Virus record (IMG/VR): IMGVR_UViG_3300006316_000001
Location: 1 to 64,000 of that record
Origin: a virus
DNA: 64,000 nt
Reading direction: 5' to 3' (one strand)
Under the pieces are notes generated by a model. That model saw only the letters and a list, made by a program, of their open reading frames with translations. It was not told where the DNA came from and made no database searches. Positions 27,807 through 37,213 of this stretch are shown here, piece after piece. The stretch's first letter is position 1. The number at the start of each line of letters is the position of its first letter. The translations under genes and the position numbers were made by a program.

Positions 27807-30164
27807 TTATGCGAAGAAGAAATCACTTTCTCTAACTTCTGACGCTTGAAGATCGCCCATCTCAAAGAAATCCGTGTAGTGAGGTAGGTTGGCTGCAGCT
27901 TCGTATTCACCATTTTCTCGTAAGAAGTCGACCCATTGATCGAACCACTTCTGCGGCCAGTTCTGTTCGTAGATGTCAACCCACGCTTCCTTAGCCTCAT
28001 GAAGAAGGGTTGCTGCATCATCAGGAGCTGAACCGAAAGAATCGTGAACCATAGCAAAATCTTCAATACCAACATCCTCACAACGATTGGTCGTAATGGA
28101 TAGATGGCTAGCATCACATGAGTGTGTTATGTTAGGTGAGCTTGAGCTCTCCATCTTAGCTTTGTTGATTTTGTTTGTATGGGTCAACATCTGGTAGTTC
28201 GTGTGCTTACCGTTGAATCTGATGTTAATATTCTTACGCTTCAGAATCTTCGGAGATTGTATGCATTGCATTCCGGCTGGGTTATCCCAAATCAACGGTA
28301 GGTTCACGGATGCTATGATACCAGCACAAGTTTGAACCCATTCCATGAATGCCATTGGACCCTTCAGCGATTCATCCATATTATCCCAAATACGTTCACC
28401 CATCCAGTTACCCGATTTAAATGGGTCACTGAAGTGATCTTCCTTACCACTATCAATGATGAACTCTTGGATACCCTCTTTTATGCCGTACAATTTCGCA
28501 CCATATGAACGAGTCATAACTGGTGTCTTAGTAATTTTACGGTCAAGAAGATTCGATGATAACCACTCAACGCCAAACGGACTACCGACGCCACGCAAAT
28601 CGCTAATCACACCATCACAAACATAACCATAAACATCACCACGCTTCTTAGTCTTAATTAGACCAACGTGGGGAGCAACAATACGGTCTCGTGTGATAGC
28701 AGCCAAGTTTTGAACGCCATTACACAAACCATCAAGTTGAACGTGGGTATTGATGAATGCTTGAGGGTTATCCAACCACTTCACATATTCAACAGCAGCC
28801 GCATAACCTTGGAATGGCTTATCCCAACCATGCCACAATTGACATTTGATAGGGTCTTTCACAACATCACGAAGAAGTTGCTCATTCGCTATAGTCCAAG
28901 CCACACGCTCATCAAGCTCAAGCTTATCATGACCGACAAGGTTGGCCATATTGATCATCATCCATCGAGCACCATCTAACGTTTTGACCTGTGTTGGTTT
29001 GAATTTGATCAAGCCTTTCTGATGGTCTGACCCCTGTGTATTTAGACCCGTCATACATTTATTGTAAATGCGCATACGAGAATCTAAGTCATGCGGAAAG
29101 AATATCTCAGGATAATCCTTGAACATTCTAGCCTGTTCAACTGAAGAACATCTCGATAGAATATTTGATACTCTACCTTGGCGCTTCTTCTTATTCAGTC
29201 GAACCTTTCGGCTCCACTTTCGGTGAATCTTTTTCTGGTCTTCGCTCATATCCGCATATTTGACATTAGGAAATGGCGCATTCTCATCATCAGGAACTGA
29301 CGCTGGGAATGCCTTCTTCAAAGATTCTGGACCATCTTCACCATATTGGTCAAAAAGGTTTAGTACATCAAGATTTACAGACCATGGTGTGCTTTGAATT
29401 GCGTTCATACCCTTTGCAATGTTCGCATTTATATTAGCATCTTCACCAACGTTCCTCTTCTTGATAGCATTAACCTTCAGTTGATCGCTATAGAAACCGC
29501 CATTATTACCCGTACTATCCCAATACTCAGGACGGTAGATCATCGGATAGATAACGTTGTTCATCATGGCAATGTTCTGGAGCTTACTTTCATATTTGAC
29601 GCGAAACTCTTCAGAGAGACCAACTAACCACTCCATGTGTTTAGAATCTGTATCAAAGAAATCTTTTCTGAATGTCAAAATATCAGTGAAGTTATCCTGA
29701 GCCAGTTGCAGAAGAACAAGAGAAACCTTACCACACTCAAACACACTCAACGCATCATCACCAACAATATTCGAATGAATTGTGTTACCAATTTGTGTGG
29801 ATATGTTAACGACCTTAAGATCACCATTCGCCATGTTAGTCATCAGTGAGCGCATAACAATGAATGACAATTGATCAGGAGTTGCCGGAAGATATTCAAA
29901 ACCAGTCTTGGTGTTCTTCTTGTTGATATAAAATCTCGCGTCACTGATCTTCATTAGCAGTGGTTTGTGCCCACTCTTATAGTTGACGCGCTCTTTTGCG
30001 GTGGCACTCTTGATTGCGCCTGTTAAACGCTCAATCATTTTCTCAAGAGTCTTTACCAGTGGACTATTGAAGTCATCGCTGGCTTCAACCGTCTCAAGGA
30101 ATTTCTCAGTACCTAGCCGCATCATATCATCTTCAAGTTGTATTTGATCATCATATGTCGACAT
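27807..30164 (-). CDS. T7-like single-subunit RNA polymerase
   Basis: FPHDLDSRMRIY, LDGLCNGVQ (motif A), RKITKTPVMTRSYG (motif B), PNITHSCDASHL, VHDSF (motif C), C-terminal SDFFFA. Confidence 0.95.
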   Translation of the reverse strand: MSTYDDQIQLEDDMMRLGTEKFLETVEASDDFNSPLVKTLEKMIERLTGAIKSATAKERVNYKSGHKPLLMKISDARFYINKKNTKTGFEYLPATPDQLSFIVMRSLMTNMANGDLKVVNISTQIGNTIHSNIVGDDALSVFECGKVSLVLLQLAQDNFTDILTFRKDFFDTDSKHMEWLVGLSEEFRVKYESKLQNIAMMNNVIYPMIYRPEYWDSTGNNGGFYSDQLKVNAIKKRNVGEDANINANIAKGMNAIQSTPWSVNLDVLNLFDQYGEDGPESLKKAFPASVPDDENAPFPNVKYADMSEDQKKIHRKWSRKVRLNKKKRQGRVSNILSRCSSVEQARMFKDYPEIFFPHDLDSRMRIYNKCMTGLNTQGSDHQKGLIKFKPTQVKTLDGARWMMINMANLVGHDKLELDERVAWTIANEQLLRDVVKDPIKCQLWHGWDKPFQGYAAAVEYVKWLDNPQAFINTHVQLDGLCNGVQNLAAITRDRIVAPHVGLIKTKKRGDVYGYVCDGVISDLRGVGSPFGVEWLSSNLLDRKITKTPVMTRSYGAKLYGIKEGIQEFIIDSGKEDHFSDPFKSGNWMGERIWDNMDESLKGPMAFMEWVQTCAGIIASVNLPLIWDNPAGMQCIQSPKILKRKNINIRFNGKHTNYQMLTHTNKINKAKMESSSSPNITHSCDASHLSITTNRCEDVGIEDFAMVHDSFGSAPDDAATLLHEAKEAWVDIYEQNWPQKWFDQWVDFLRENGEYEAAANLPHYTDFFEMGDLQASEVRESDFFFA

Positions 30165-30166
30165 GT

Positions 30167-30433
30167 CTATTTACCTTTAATTCTTGGTTGAATGTGGCAC
30201 CATGCGTCAGCCAGAGTTTTGAGATCAGGAAGAGGTCTCTCATCATGAAGACAATCCACAAATTCAATCTTACGTAAATCAGTGGGTACTGTGCTAGTGA
30301 AGTGTATCTCATTTGTCACATTTTCGGGGATCTCTTCACCATCGAAAAACTCGTCAGAAAGTGAATGAATAGCATCCATAGTTGAATGCCCCTCAACCAA
30401 AAAGTCGTTAATAAATTCTTCAGAAAAAGCCAT
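30167..30433 (-). CDS. acidic hypothetical protein co-transcribed with RNAP
   Basis: 88 aa, CAGGA RBS, 2-nt gap to the RNAP start. Confidence 0.65.
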   Translation of the reverse strand: MAFSEEFINDFLVEGHSTMDAIHSLSDEFFDGEEIPENVTNEIHFTSTVPTDLRKIEFVDCLHDERPLPDLKTLADAWCHIQPRIKGK

Positions 30434-30451
30434 ATAAATATCCTGTGGGGT

Positions 30452-30471
30452 TTCCTATTAGCCTTCTATTG
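30452..30471 (-). promoter_or_regulatory. putative phage-RNAP promoter (copy A)
   Basis: Exact CAATAGAAGGCTAATAGGAA, intergenic, pointing at the RNAP gene. Confidence 0.75.
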
Positions 30472-30504
30472 GGAAAGGGAAACCGCATGTTTTATGTCAA
30501 AAAA

Positions 30505-31236
30505 TTAACAAGAATGTTTTAGTGAACCTTGGGAAATTGCCTTACGGTCACCGAATGAAATAGGCTTAGGAAGACGTTCAACGCGAACGGTGAAACAATC
30601 CAAGCCTATGAATAAGAATAGATTTCCAGAGTAATGGTCGGAAAAATCGCCCATCCATAAAGCGCCTGTATTATCCATGCGCTTCACGCCCTTACCAGTG
30701 GCAGTTTTACTCAAACCATACCATATTTTGGTGGTACGTTTTATGTCTCCGGTGAGGCGACTGTTGCGACTCAATTCTCTAGCATTTATCGTGTTAGCTT
30801 GCTCAATAAAGAAATCCTGAATGTGATCGTGCATTTCTTCTGAGTGTACATCATCGTCAAGCTTTTGAGCCTTTCTATATTCTTTGAAATTGGTTACATC
30901 ATTATCTAGATCACACCATAGATTATGTTGTAGAATATCAACGAATTCGCCAGCCTCTATTTGCCCCACTTTCCGATTCAGAGAAAACTCTATCAGAAAT
31001 CTGTGTGGTTTTCGCTTGGCGCCATTATCGTACACCCTCACTCGGATGTCTTGAATTATATCACGGTATCCGGTGATTATGCCGTTGAAAGTCATATATT
31101 CCATACTTTTACCTTTGGTTATCTCACCAGTACTTTTGTCAATTTTATTTCTGGGTTGATCAAAAATTGAAAATAACCCAGTTTGAAGCAGAGCATGCTT
31201 AGTTTTGAAGCGCGACGGCTGGTCAAAAATGCTCAT
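30505..31236 (-). CDS. hypothetical protein
   Basis: 243 aa, AGGAGGAG RBS; SIFDQP occurs twice near the N-terminus. Confidence 0.7.
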   Translation of the reverse strand: MSIFDQPSRFKTKHALLQTGLFSIFDQPRNKIDKSTGEITKGKSMEYMTFNGIITGYRDIIQDIRVRVYDNGAKRKPHRFLIEFSLNRKVGQIEAGEFVDILQHNLWCDLDNDVTNFKEYRKAQKLDDDVHSEEMHDHIQDFFIEQANTINARELSRNSRLTGDIKRTTKIWYGLSKTATGKGVKRMDNTGALWMGDFSDHYSGNLFLFIGLDCFTVRVERLPKPISFGDRKAISQGSLKHSC

Positions 31237-31283
31237 AACGCGCTCCTCCTGTTAAACGTCGTTATCACATTACACTCTAGATC

Positions 31284-31646
31284 TTATAAGTTGAAGTATG
31301 GACCTCGAACCCAAGATGGATCAGCCTTACCGAATGTTGTAATACAGTACAAGTTCTCTTCAGCCCAAACCACCGCAATACATTCAATTGGAATGAATAC
31401 GCGATGCTCTTTACCACCACTAATCAATGTGAATGACATCCCAGATTCACCATTATGAAAGTGTTTTACTGTTGGACCACTCAAACATAGCCTAGCTCTG
31501 TGTGGATTCTGGAAAATGAAATCTGGTCCAATAAAGCCTTTACTGTGTACGAACATCACATTCACAGACCCGCCCAGTTCATCTATGATGTCTATTGTTG
31601 AATTGATCAATCTCATTTTGATGTGTTGTTTGGAAATATTATGCAT
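31284..31646 (-). CDS. SspB-like (ClpXP adaptor fold) protein
   Basis: L.LS...V..F......MSF....GG....VFIP...I..VWAEEN matches the SspB core. Confidence 0.6.
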   Translation of the reverse strand: MHNISKQHIKMRLINSTIDIIDELGGSVNVMFVHSKGFIGPDFIFQNPHRARLCLSGPTVKHFHNGESGMSFTLISGGKEHRVFIPIECIAVVWAEENLYCITTFGKADPSWVRGPYFNL

Positions 31647-31953
31647 CTCCCCTGCTCCTCTTACAAGTCTCAATGAAGTTCTCTAGGATTGCAGAAGAAC
31701 CACCTAAAGTTGTTTTTGAGATGTTTGTTGAGATGTTTATGATTTCGCCATTACATGAAGAGTTTAGTGTGATGTAAGGTGTATTGGTCCAATCCACTAA
31801 ACGAATATAGAAAAACGAACCATGGAGGAGATAGATCACACTGTCAGGCGTATCATCTTTCAGTTCAGCATTGTGGTGTTCTAGAATGGTTCTAAACGCA
31901 TCAGCGTACTCATTCAGTCTATCAACACCCTTCAAATTACCAGATATTCTCAT
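31639..31953 (-). CDS. hypothetical early protein
   Basis: First ORF after cassette copy 8. Confidence 0.65.
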   Translation of the reverse strand: MRISGNLKGVDRLNEYADAFRTILEHHNAELKDDTPDSVIYLLHGSFFYIRLVDWTNTPYITLNSSCNGEIINISTNISKTTLGGSSAILENFIETCKRSRGDA

Positions 31954-31974
31954 TACGTTGCAACCTCTACAGTA

Positions 31975-32044
31975 AGGGAAGACACTAACCCTAGCACTTT
32001 ACCCTATAACATCCATTATACTCTTATTTTACGAGAAGTAAAGC
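31975..32044 (-). promoter_or_regulatory. promoter-stem-loop cassette copy 8 (long hairpin)
   Basis: TTTACT-N16-TATAAT plus AGGGTAAAGTGCTAGGGTTAGTGTCTTCCCT. Confidence 0.8.
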
Positions 32045-32091
32045 GTTTTAGTTAAGTTTTAATGCAAAAAGAGTTCCCTCCTTGGAACTCT

Positions 32092-32379
32092 TTATTTCCT
32101 CTCTCGATAACCCATATTAATGAGGTTTGACAAGACGAGGTTATATTTACTCACTAGCACTATTTCCCACGCACCTTTGTGTTTAGCCCAAGGCTTTTCA
32201 CCACGTTTATGGAGTAGAACGAAACCGTGAAACTGTGAATTAGATAATCTGAATTCACCATTCAGATCATCGTCTTCTTGTTCTGTTATTTCGAATGTGT
32301 AGCTCCCGTCAGTATAACATCCGACATTAGTTACGGTAATGTCCAGCAACTCCTGTACAGAATCTAATAGTCTCTTCAT
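32092..32379 (-). CDS. hypothetical protein
   Basis: ORF in run. Confidence 0.6.
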   Translation of the reverse strand: MKRLLDSVQELLDITVTNVGCYTDGSYTFEITEQEDDDLNGEFRLSNSQFHGFVLLHKRGEKPWAKHKGAWEIVLVSKYNLVLSNLINMGYRERK

Positions 32380-32382
32380 AAA

Positions 32383-32475
32383 TCACCCTGATTCAAGTTC
32401 AAACATAAGTTCGTTGTATTCATCAAGTGTTATTTGTCCATTTTCGTATGCGTATTCTAACATTGACTGTGACAT
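32383..32475 (-). CDS. 30-aa SHOCT-like peptide
   Basis: MSQSMLEYAYENGQITLDEYNELMFELESG fills the gap; G.IT..EY motif. Confidence 0.45.
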   Translation of the reverse strand: MSQSMLEYAYENGQITLDEYNELMFELESG

Positions 32476-32484
32476 AAATAACCC

Positions 32485-33075
32485 CTAGAATGAGTATTGT
32501 ACACCCAGTGACGCAGAGAAGTCAGAGTTCTCAACAACACCGTAATCGAACACGTCATATCCGATAGAGCCGTAAATGTCAATCCCTTCCCAACCAGTTG
32601 TGCCACCAAGCTGAACTGAGTAGTATTTCACATCAACGTCACCCACGCTTTCTGATGTGTCATTGACTGTTGTACTCTCTTTACCTTGAGCGTCAATGGT
32701 TGTGATAGTTTGTGAACGTGATAATGTGACATCACCAGTTCCAAAACCGTATTCGCCTTTGATGAACGTTTGAACGCCAGAAAGGTCGAATAGATCGTAT
32801 GTGATGCCGAATGTGTAGATTTTGTTTTCTGCATCTTTACTATCATGGTAATATTCATCATACGTCTCGGTCTTTTTGACGCGAGTGAATTCCTTTTCTA
32901 GATTGGATTCACCAGTCATGTAACCAAATGAGAATGACACATCATCAATCTTTTGGCCAACCGAGAAGTGGGTGAAGCTATCGCCAGTCGCTTTGAATTC
33001 AGCGCGAACGAATGTCTCTGCGTTTACTGAAAGTGATGCTGATGCTATAAGTGTTGCTAAAATTAGTCGTTTCAT
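32485..33075 (-). CDS. outer-membrane beta-barrel protein (OmpA/Ail/Lom-like)
   Basis: Signal peptide MKRLILATLIASASLSVNA, amphipathic strands, C-terminal GVQYSF beta-signal. Confidence 0.8.
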   Translation of the reverse strand: MKRLILATLIASASLSVNAETFVRAEFKATGDSFTHFSVGQKIDDVSFSFGYMTGESNLEKEFTRVKKTETYDEYYHDSKDAENKIYTFGITYDLFDLSGVQTFIKGEYGFGTGDVTLSRSQTITTIDAQGKESTTVNDTSESVGDVDVKYYSVQLGGTTGWEGIDIYGSIGYDVFDYGVVENSDFSASLGVQYSF

Positions 33076-33096
33076 AATATTTTTCCTATTTTAAAG

Positions 33097-33167
33097 AGGG
33101 AAGTCTGTTACCATTAACGCTTTACCCTATAAGACACATTATACTCTTTTTATTGGAAAAGTAAAGC
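33097..33167 (-). promoter_or_regulatory. promoter-stem-loop cassette copy 9 (long hairpin)
   Basis: TTTACT-N16-TATAAT plus AGGGTAAAGCGTTAATGGTAACAGACTTCCCT. Confidence 0.8.
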
Positions 33168-33190
33168 GTTTTTAGTAACTTTTTAAAAAT

Positions 33191-33217
33191 AAAAAAAGGC
33201 TCCCCGAAGGAAGCCTT
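33191..33217 (-). terminator. intrinsic terminator
   Basis: GGCTTCC-TTCG-GGGAGCC followed by T-run. Confidence 0.8.
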
Positions 33218-33228
33218 TTAATGTGGTT

Positions 33229-33432
33229 TTAGAATTGCCTGAAGAACCAACCGATTAATGCAAGAACTGCACAAATTGATAGCGCAATACCTATCACAAC
33301 CACGGAAAATACTATGAAGCATATGTAAGAGATAAGCATCACGGCAAACTCAGCCCATCGGCAAATTGTTGATGCTATCCAAAGAATTGTTGCTGCTAAC
33401 CATTCAATACAATCAAGTGATTTACTTAGCAT
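33229..33432 (-). CDS. small membrane protein
   Basis: Hydrophobic 67 aa. Confidence 0.55.
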   Translation of the reverse strand: MLSKSLDCIEWLAATILWIASTICRWAEFAVMLISYICFIVFSVVVIGIALSICAVLALIGWFFRQF

Positions 33433-33950
33433 GGTATACCCTCACACAAGTCAGGTTTTCTATTACATACACGATAAAGCGGTTTCTTTATGCGCTGCCC
33501 TTTGATCTTAACGTCAGCGCCTTTATAGCCAACGCGAGTCAATTGGCGCTTGACACCAGTCAACTCATTAATGTATGGGCTATTGATTCCGCGATTGTAA
33601 AGAGAAATCAACTTTTCCAATTTGAAATATTCGCAACGGCTATTCATGACATGGAATCGCCCATTATCATTCGGCCATGTTGTCAAATAAAGACCTATGC
33701 TGTTAGCAAAAGCATTGAGTTTGTGCCAATGCTTTATGTCTATTCTCAATTTATGTTTTTGCTCAAATGTTTGTTTGCTCATTTCTGATACTCCTTCCAA
33801 ACTAGCCGTGTATGTCACGGTTCCCTTAATGGTATGTGACGTTATACGTGGCTCTTGGTTGGTGGGCGCTGGATGTATTTGTTTACCATCTATTGTCAAA
33901 GTACACACATCCGTGATTGTCACACCATTCACTTCTATTTCTATGCTCAT
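33426..33950 (-). CDS. hypothetical protein
   Basis: Coupled ORF in run. Confidence 0.55.
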   Translation of the reverse strand: MSIEIEVNGVTITDVCTLTIDGKQIHPAPTNQEPRITSHTIKGTVTYTASLEGVSEMSKQTFEQKHKLRIDIKHWHKLNAFANSIGLYLTTWPNDNGRFHVMNSRCEYFKLEKLISLYNRGINSPYINELTGVKRQLTRVGYKGADVKIKGQRIKKPLYRVCNRKPDLCEGIPC

Positions 33951-34252
33951 GATATTGGCCTATATGCTATTTCCGATTGTCTGATATCTTCCTTTTCCCA
34001 GTCATCCGGACAACGCACCAGTAACCCGTCCCGAATGCAATGATCGTTAATTCTCCACACATCATTGTGTAGTGAACCCCTAATCTCGATGTACCGCTTA
34101 CCTTCGATAGCAACTATTGGAGGGGTGTGCTCCCCAAAATGGATATAAGTATCGTCATGGTCATCACGACCATTCAGAATTTCATCTTCACCAATAACGC
34201 ACGCCTCTAGAGCCATTTCGCCACTCAAAGTATTTCTTGGATCAATCATCAC
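33947..34252 (-). CDS. hypothetical protein
   Basis: Coupled ORF in run. Confidence 0.55.
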   Translation of the reverse strand: MMIDPRNTLSGEMALEACVIGEDEILNGRDDHDDTYIHFGEHTPPIVAIEGKRYIEIRGSLHNDVWRINDHCIRDGLLVRCPDDWEKEDIRQSEIAYRPIS

Positions 34253-34255
34253 ATT

Positions 34256-34549
34256 CTACCCGAAAAGAGGACTAATGCTACTCTCAGCCAATTCCACATA
34301 CACATCACCGTGGCATGGTTTAGGCTTACAGAAACATCCTAGTCGTTTGCCTTGAAGAGAGTTGACCCGATCCCTGAATTCAGGGTCGGTATTATACCGA
34401 TGTATCGCGTACTCTCTATGTTTAGCGATAGACTGGGTTCTACCCAGCCCACCGAATGGATTACCGAAGTAGCCATCGCAACCATGCCCAGCCCTTCCGA
34501 TGTATACATCATATTCGTCAGTCTTGAGATTCACTACTGTTGTTTGCAT
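34256..34549 (-). CDS. DUF4326 family protein
   Basis: VVN.....YDVYIGR....FGNPF; L.GK.LGCFCKP..CHGDV. Confidence 0.8.
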   Translation of the reverse strand: MQTTVVNLKTDEYDVYIGRAGHGCDGYFGNPFGGLGRTQSIAKHREYAIHRYNTDPEFRDRVNSLQGKRLGCFCKPKPCHGDVYVELAESSISPLFG

Positions 34550-35153
34550 GATGTACCGTTCCTGATATAGTTCCGTCTTCTTCGACCAAATAATTAGTCA
34601 GTGACGTTGTGTATGGTGAGGTAGCAAAGGCTTCAACCCAAGCATCGAGGTTCTTTTGTTGATCGTCATAACAAATAACCTCTTCAGGCTTGAATTCATG
34701 GCGCATATAGTCGACTTTACTTAGACGCCATTGCTTATGACACTCATGGATAATTCGCTTGACATCATCAGGATTATCGATATTTGCCGTTAATGACTGC
34801 TCAGCTCGAATATATGCTTTGTTTCTGAAACAAAAATGATCAATTCGATGAACGTCAACTCCAAATTCAACTAACTGTTTCATAGTCATCATCTGATAAA
34901 TTGAATCATCAGGACGAGCAGAACATAACACAACTGTTGAGTTAGGATCAGCTATAGCTTCTTTCATTCGCTCGACCACAGTCTCAACCGCTGGTTGTTT
35001 GGACATGGTAGAAATGAATGTGTCCCAATTGAAGCCTTCACCAACCCAAGGGTGGTCATAATTATGCACCAGTGTACCATCAAAATCAAAAATGTGTAGC
35101 TTCTGCTTTACTTTATCATTCACATTCATCAAGTTTTTCCTTTTCTTCAACAA
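34518..35153 (-). CDS. HAD-superfamily phosphatase
   Basis: IFDFDGTL, LCSAR, K, YDD motifs. Confidence 0.75.
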   Translation of the reverse strand: MLKKRKNLMNVNDKVKQKLHIFDFDGTLVHNYDHPWVGEGFNWDTFISTMSKQPAVETVVERMKEAIADPNSTVVLCSARPDDSIYQMMTMKQLVEFGVDVHRIDHFCFRNKAYIRAEQSLTANIDNPDDVKRIIHECHKQWRLSKVDYMRHEFKPEEVICYDDQQKNLDAWVEAFATSPYTTSLTNYLVEEDGTISGTVHHANNSSESQD

Positions 35154-35242
35154 TTACAGTTTCGTGACACTTAGGGCAATCTACAAGATCACCATCTTTA
35201 GAATCTTCAGGCATATCCCAACAGATCCAACAACTATGGCAT

Positions 35243-35494
35243 TTAGCCTTCATCATCATTCTCCATGTAATCCACAAATGATCTATAAATGTACAGAAGA
35301 AATGCAGGTAACCACATAAGGGCAATCATACCACACATCTTGTGGGTGCCAATGTAGTTGATTGGGAATTTGTGATCAAGTTTACCCGTTCTCATGTATG
35401 TTATGAAATCAGGAATGACGATAATCAAGTAGGCGATTACAACTGTAACCAAGTAAATGCCCAAACCGATAAAAATGTTATTTAGGTAATTCAT
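35243..35494 (-). CDS. small membrane protein
   Basis: Two hydrophobic segments. Confidence 0.5.
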   Translation of the reverse strand: MNYLNNIFIGLGIYLVTVVIAYLIIVIPDFITYMRTGKLDHKFPINYIGTHKMCGMIALMWLPAFLLYIYRSFVDYMENDDEG

Positions 35495-35681
35495 GTTTTC
35501 TCTCCACTGCTACGAAACCGCCCTTTCCGTGAACAAGCTTAATGCCAGCCATTTCGAAGTAAGATGCACAAGTTTCAACTTCACCTTCAACCATACTGCC
35601 CGCATCACCACAATCATTCAACTGTGATAGTGATGAGTATAGTATCACCAATGTCTTTTCTGCTTCTGTTAGATATATCAT
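35478..35681 (-). CDS. hypothetical protein
   Basis: Coupled ORF. Confidence 0.5.
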   Translation of the reverse strand: MIYLTEAEKTLVILYSSLSQLNDCGDAGSMVEGEVETCASYFEMAGIKLVHGKGGFVAVERKHELPK

Positions 35682-35899
35682 TTCAACCCCTTAATCCATG
35701 CGATAGATTTGTTACGAGATCTTGAAATACTGAAGTGGGCAATGTTAGCATCGCGCCAGATGTAGATGCTATAGAATACTTCATTTTTGCGTGTGATTGT
35801 AACATCCATGGATAATTCAACATCATTACCCAACACTTTCTTAGCAACTTTTGAAAGATAAAGCTTTCGCTTCATCACCGAAATTAAAATATTGTCCAT
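35678..35899 (-). CDS. hypothetical protein
   Basis: Coupled ORF. Confidence 0.5.
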   Translation of the reverse strand: MDNILISVMKRKLYLSKVAKKVLGNDVELSMDVTITRKNEVFYSIYIWRDANIAHFSISRSRNKSIAWIKGLK

Positions 35900-35908
35900 A
35901 AGATTATC

Positions 35909-36229
35909 CTAGTTTATTTCTTCGACAAATGCCCATGCGGCATGATAAACTGAAGCACCTTTATCATCTCGCATACACACTGTATCCACAGGAGCGACAA
36001 CACGGTAAAGAACAGGTTCGCCACCAACGGAACGGGCAGCACGTCCTGCGTATATCTCAGCCAAACCTTTGTCCGCAGTGAAGAAGACTCTATCAAGGTT
36101 CTTCTTACGACCTTGCTCAGACAACACACCACTACACTCAGGCGGAAGAAGCATAGATTCTATACCAGCAGCCGAGCAACTACCGTGGTAGTATGTGGTT
36201 GTTTGGCGTTTACAATCTACTGTTATCAT
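35909..36229 (-). CDS. Arr-like ADP-ribosyltransferase-fold protein
   Basis: YYHGS...VFFT....LA..YA..A.......P.LY.V pattern. Confidence 0.55.
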   Translation of the reverse strand: MITVDCKRQTTTYYHGSCSAAGIESMLLPPECSGVLSEQGRKKNLDRVFFTADKGLAEIYAGRAARSVGGEPVLYRVVAPVDTVCMRDDKGASVYHAAWAFVEEIN

Positions 36230-36260
36230 TACTGTTACCCTCGTTTTAGAACCTTTGTTA

Positions 36261-36320
36261 AGGGGTTAACCGCTAACCCCTATAACAATCATTATACTCT
36301 TATTTTACGAGAAGTAAAGC
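36261..36320 (-). promoter_or_regulatory. promoter-stem-loop cassette copy 10
   Basis: TTTACT-N16-TATAAT plus GGGGTTAGCGGTTAACCCC; overlaps the stop of the upstream ORF. Confidence 0.85.
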
Positions 36321-36800
36321 TTTTTGTTTAAGTTTTTTATGCTTAGTAATCAAGCCCTTAATACGTTTTAATAAGTTCTTCTGGTCTTTGATACATTCCA
36401 AATTGAACTCAGTTTCTTCTGGATCATCGGCTTCATCTTCCAACCATTGCTTGTACCGTTCCAACGAAAGTTCACCATCATACAGTGCATATTTCAACGC
36501 ATTCAGTTTGGTGGTGTAGAACCCTTCAGGTAGGCGTTCAGCCTCGAGTCGAAACTGCATTTTGTACATCTGTCTGATGCCACCATACCACTTTCCTGCT
36601 TTGCTATCGAACGTTTCATCATTCTTGACAGCTATGTTGACACGCTTACTGAAATCAACACGAGTACGCCAATTGGGTATTCTAGGAAGTTGTATAGTCC
36701 GAACATGCCACTCATCAACGTGTATCTTTCTGTCACCACACACCATGACTTTGTACAGAACTTTACCCACAAAGAGTTTGGGAGTCTTTTGACGCTTCAT
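36300..36800 (-). CDS. hypothetical protein
   Basis: Coupled ORF. Confidence 0.6.
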   Translation of the reverse strand: MKRQKTPKLFVGKVLYKVMVCGDRKIHVDEWHVRTIQLPRIPNWRTRVDFSKRVNIAVKNDETFDSKAGKWYGGIRQMYKMQFRLEAERLPEGFYTTKLNALKYALYDGELSLERYKQWLEDEADDPEETEFNLECIKDQKNLLKRIKGLITKHKKLKQKALLLVK

Positions 36801-37213
36801 TAAACTATACCTCCGAACATATTCAATGTTCTTTCAAAATGGAATTCTTCAACCAATTCACCTAGAGCGCGAGCCTGATTGATGCTATCGCGACTGGGTT
36901 TGGCAAACATGTCTGTTAGGACTGTGTCTTTAGGTAGAGACAATAGAACATCAACCAAATTGGGGTTCTGAAGGAGGTATTGACGCCAAAGTTCCTTATA
37001 GAGTTGCCATTGCCGTTCTACGGTCATCTCATTGATAGGTGGTTTACCTTTGCCCTCTTTTATGGAACCATACCCTTTGATTGTGCATTGATACCAAGCT
37101 TCGATACATTGACCTCGACCATCAATACACACCCAAGCGTAAAATGCAGAGAATCTTCTATCACCGTAAGAAGAGCATTCATAACCATTAATGTGTTCAA
37201 CCGCCCATCTCAT
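36800..37213 (-). CDS. NADAR-like protein
   Basis: FSAF....IDG....IEAWYQ...K; QNPNL...LL......LTD......NQARAL.EL. Confidence 0.5.
   Translation of the reverse strand: MRWAVEHINGYECSSYGDRRFSAFYAWVCIDGRGQCIEAWYQCTIKGYGSIKEGKGKPPINEMTVERQWQLYKELWRQYLLQNPNLVDVLLSLPKDTVLTDMFAKPSRDSINQARALGELVEEFHFERTLNMFGGIV

Noticed and set aside
30167-30433. 88-aa ORF as the split N-terminus of the RNAP
   Set aside because: The RNAP ORF already begins with the Q..LE..M...G..KF helix matching the T7 N-terminal region
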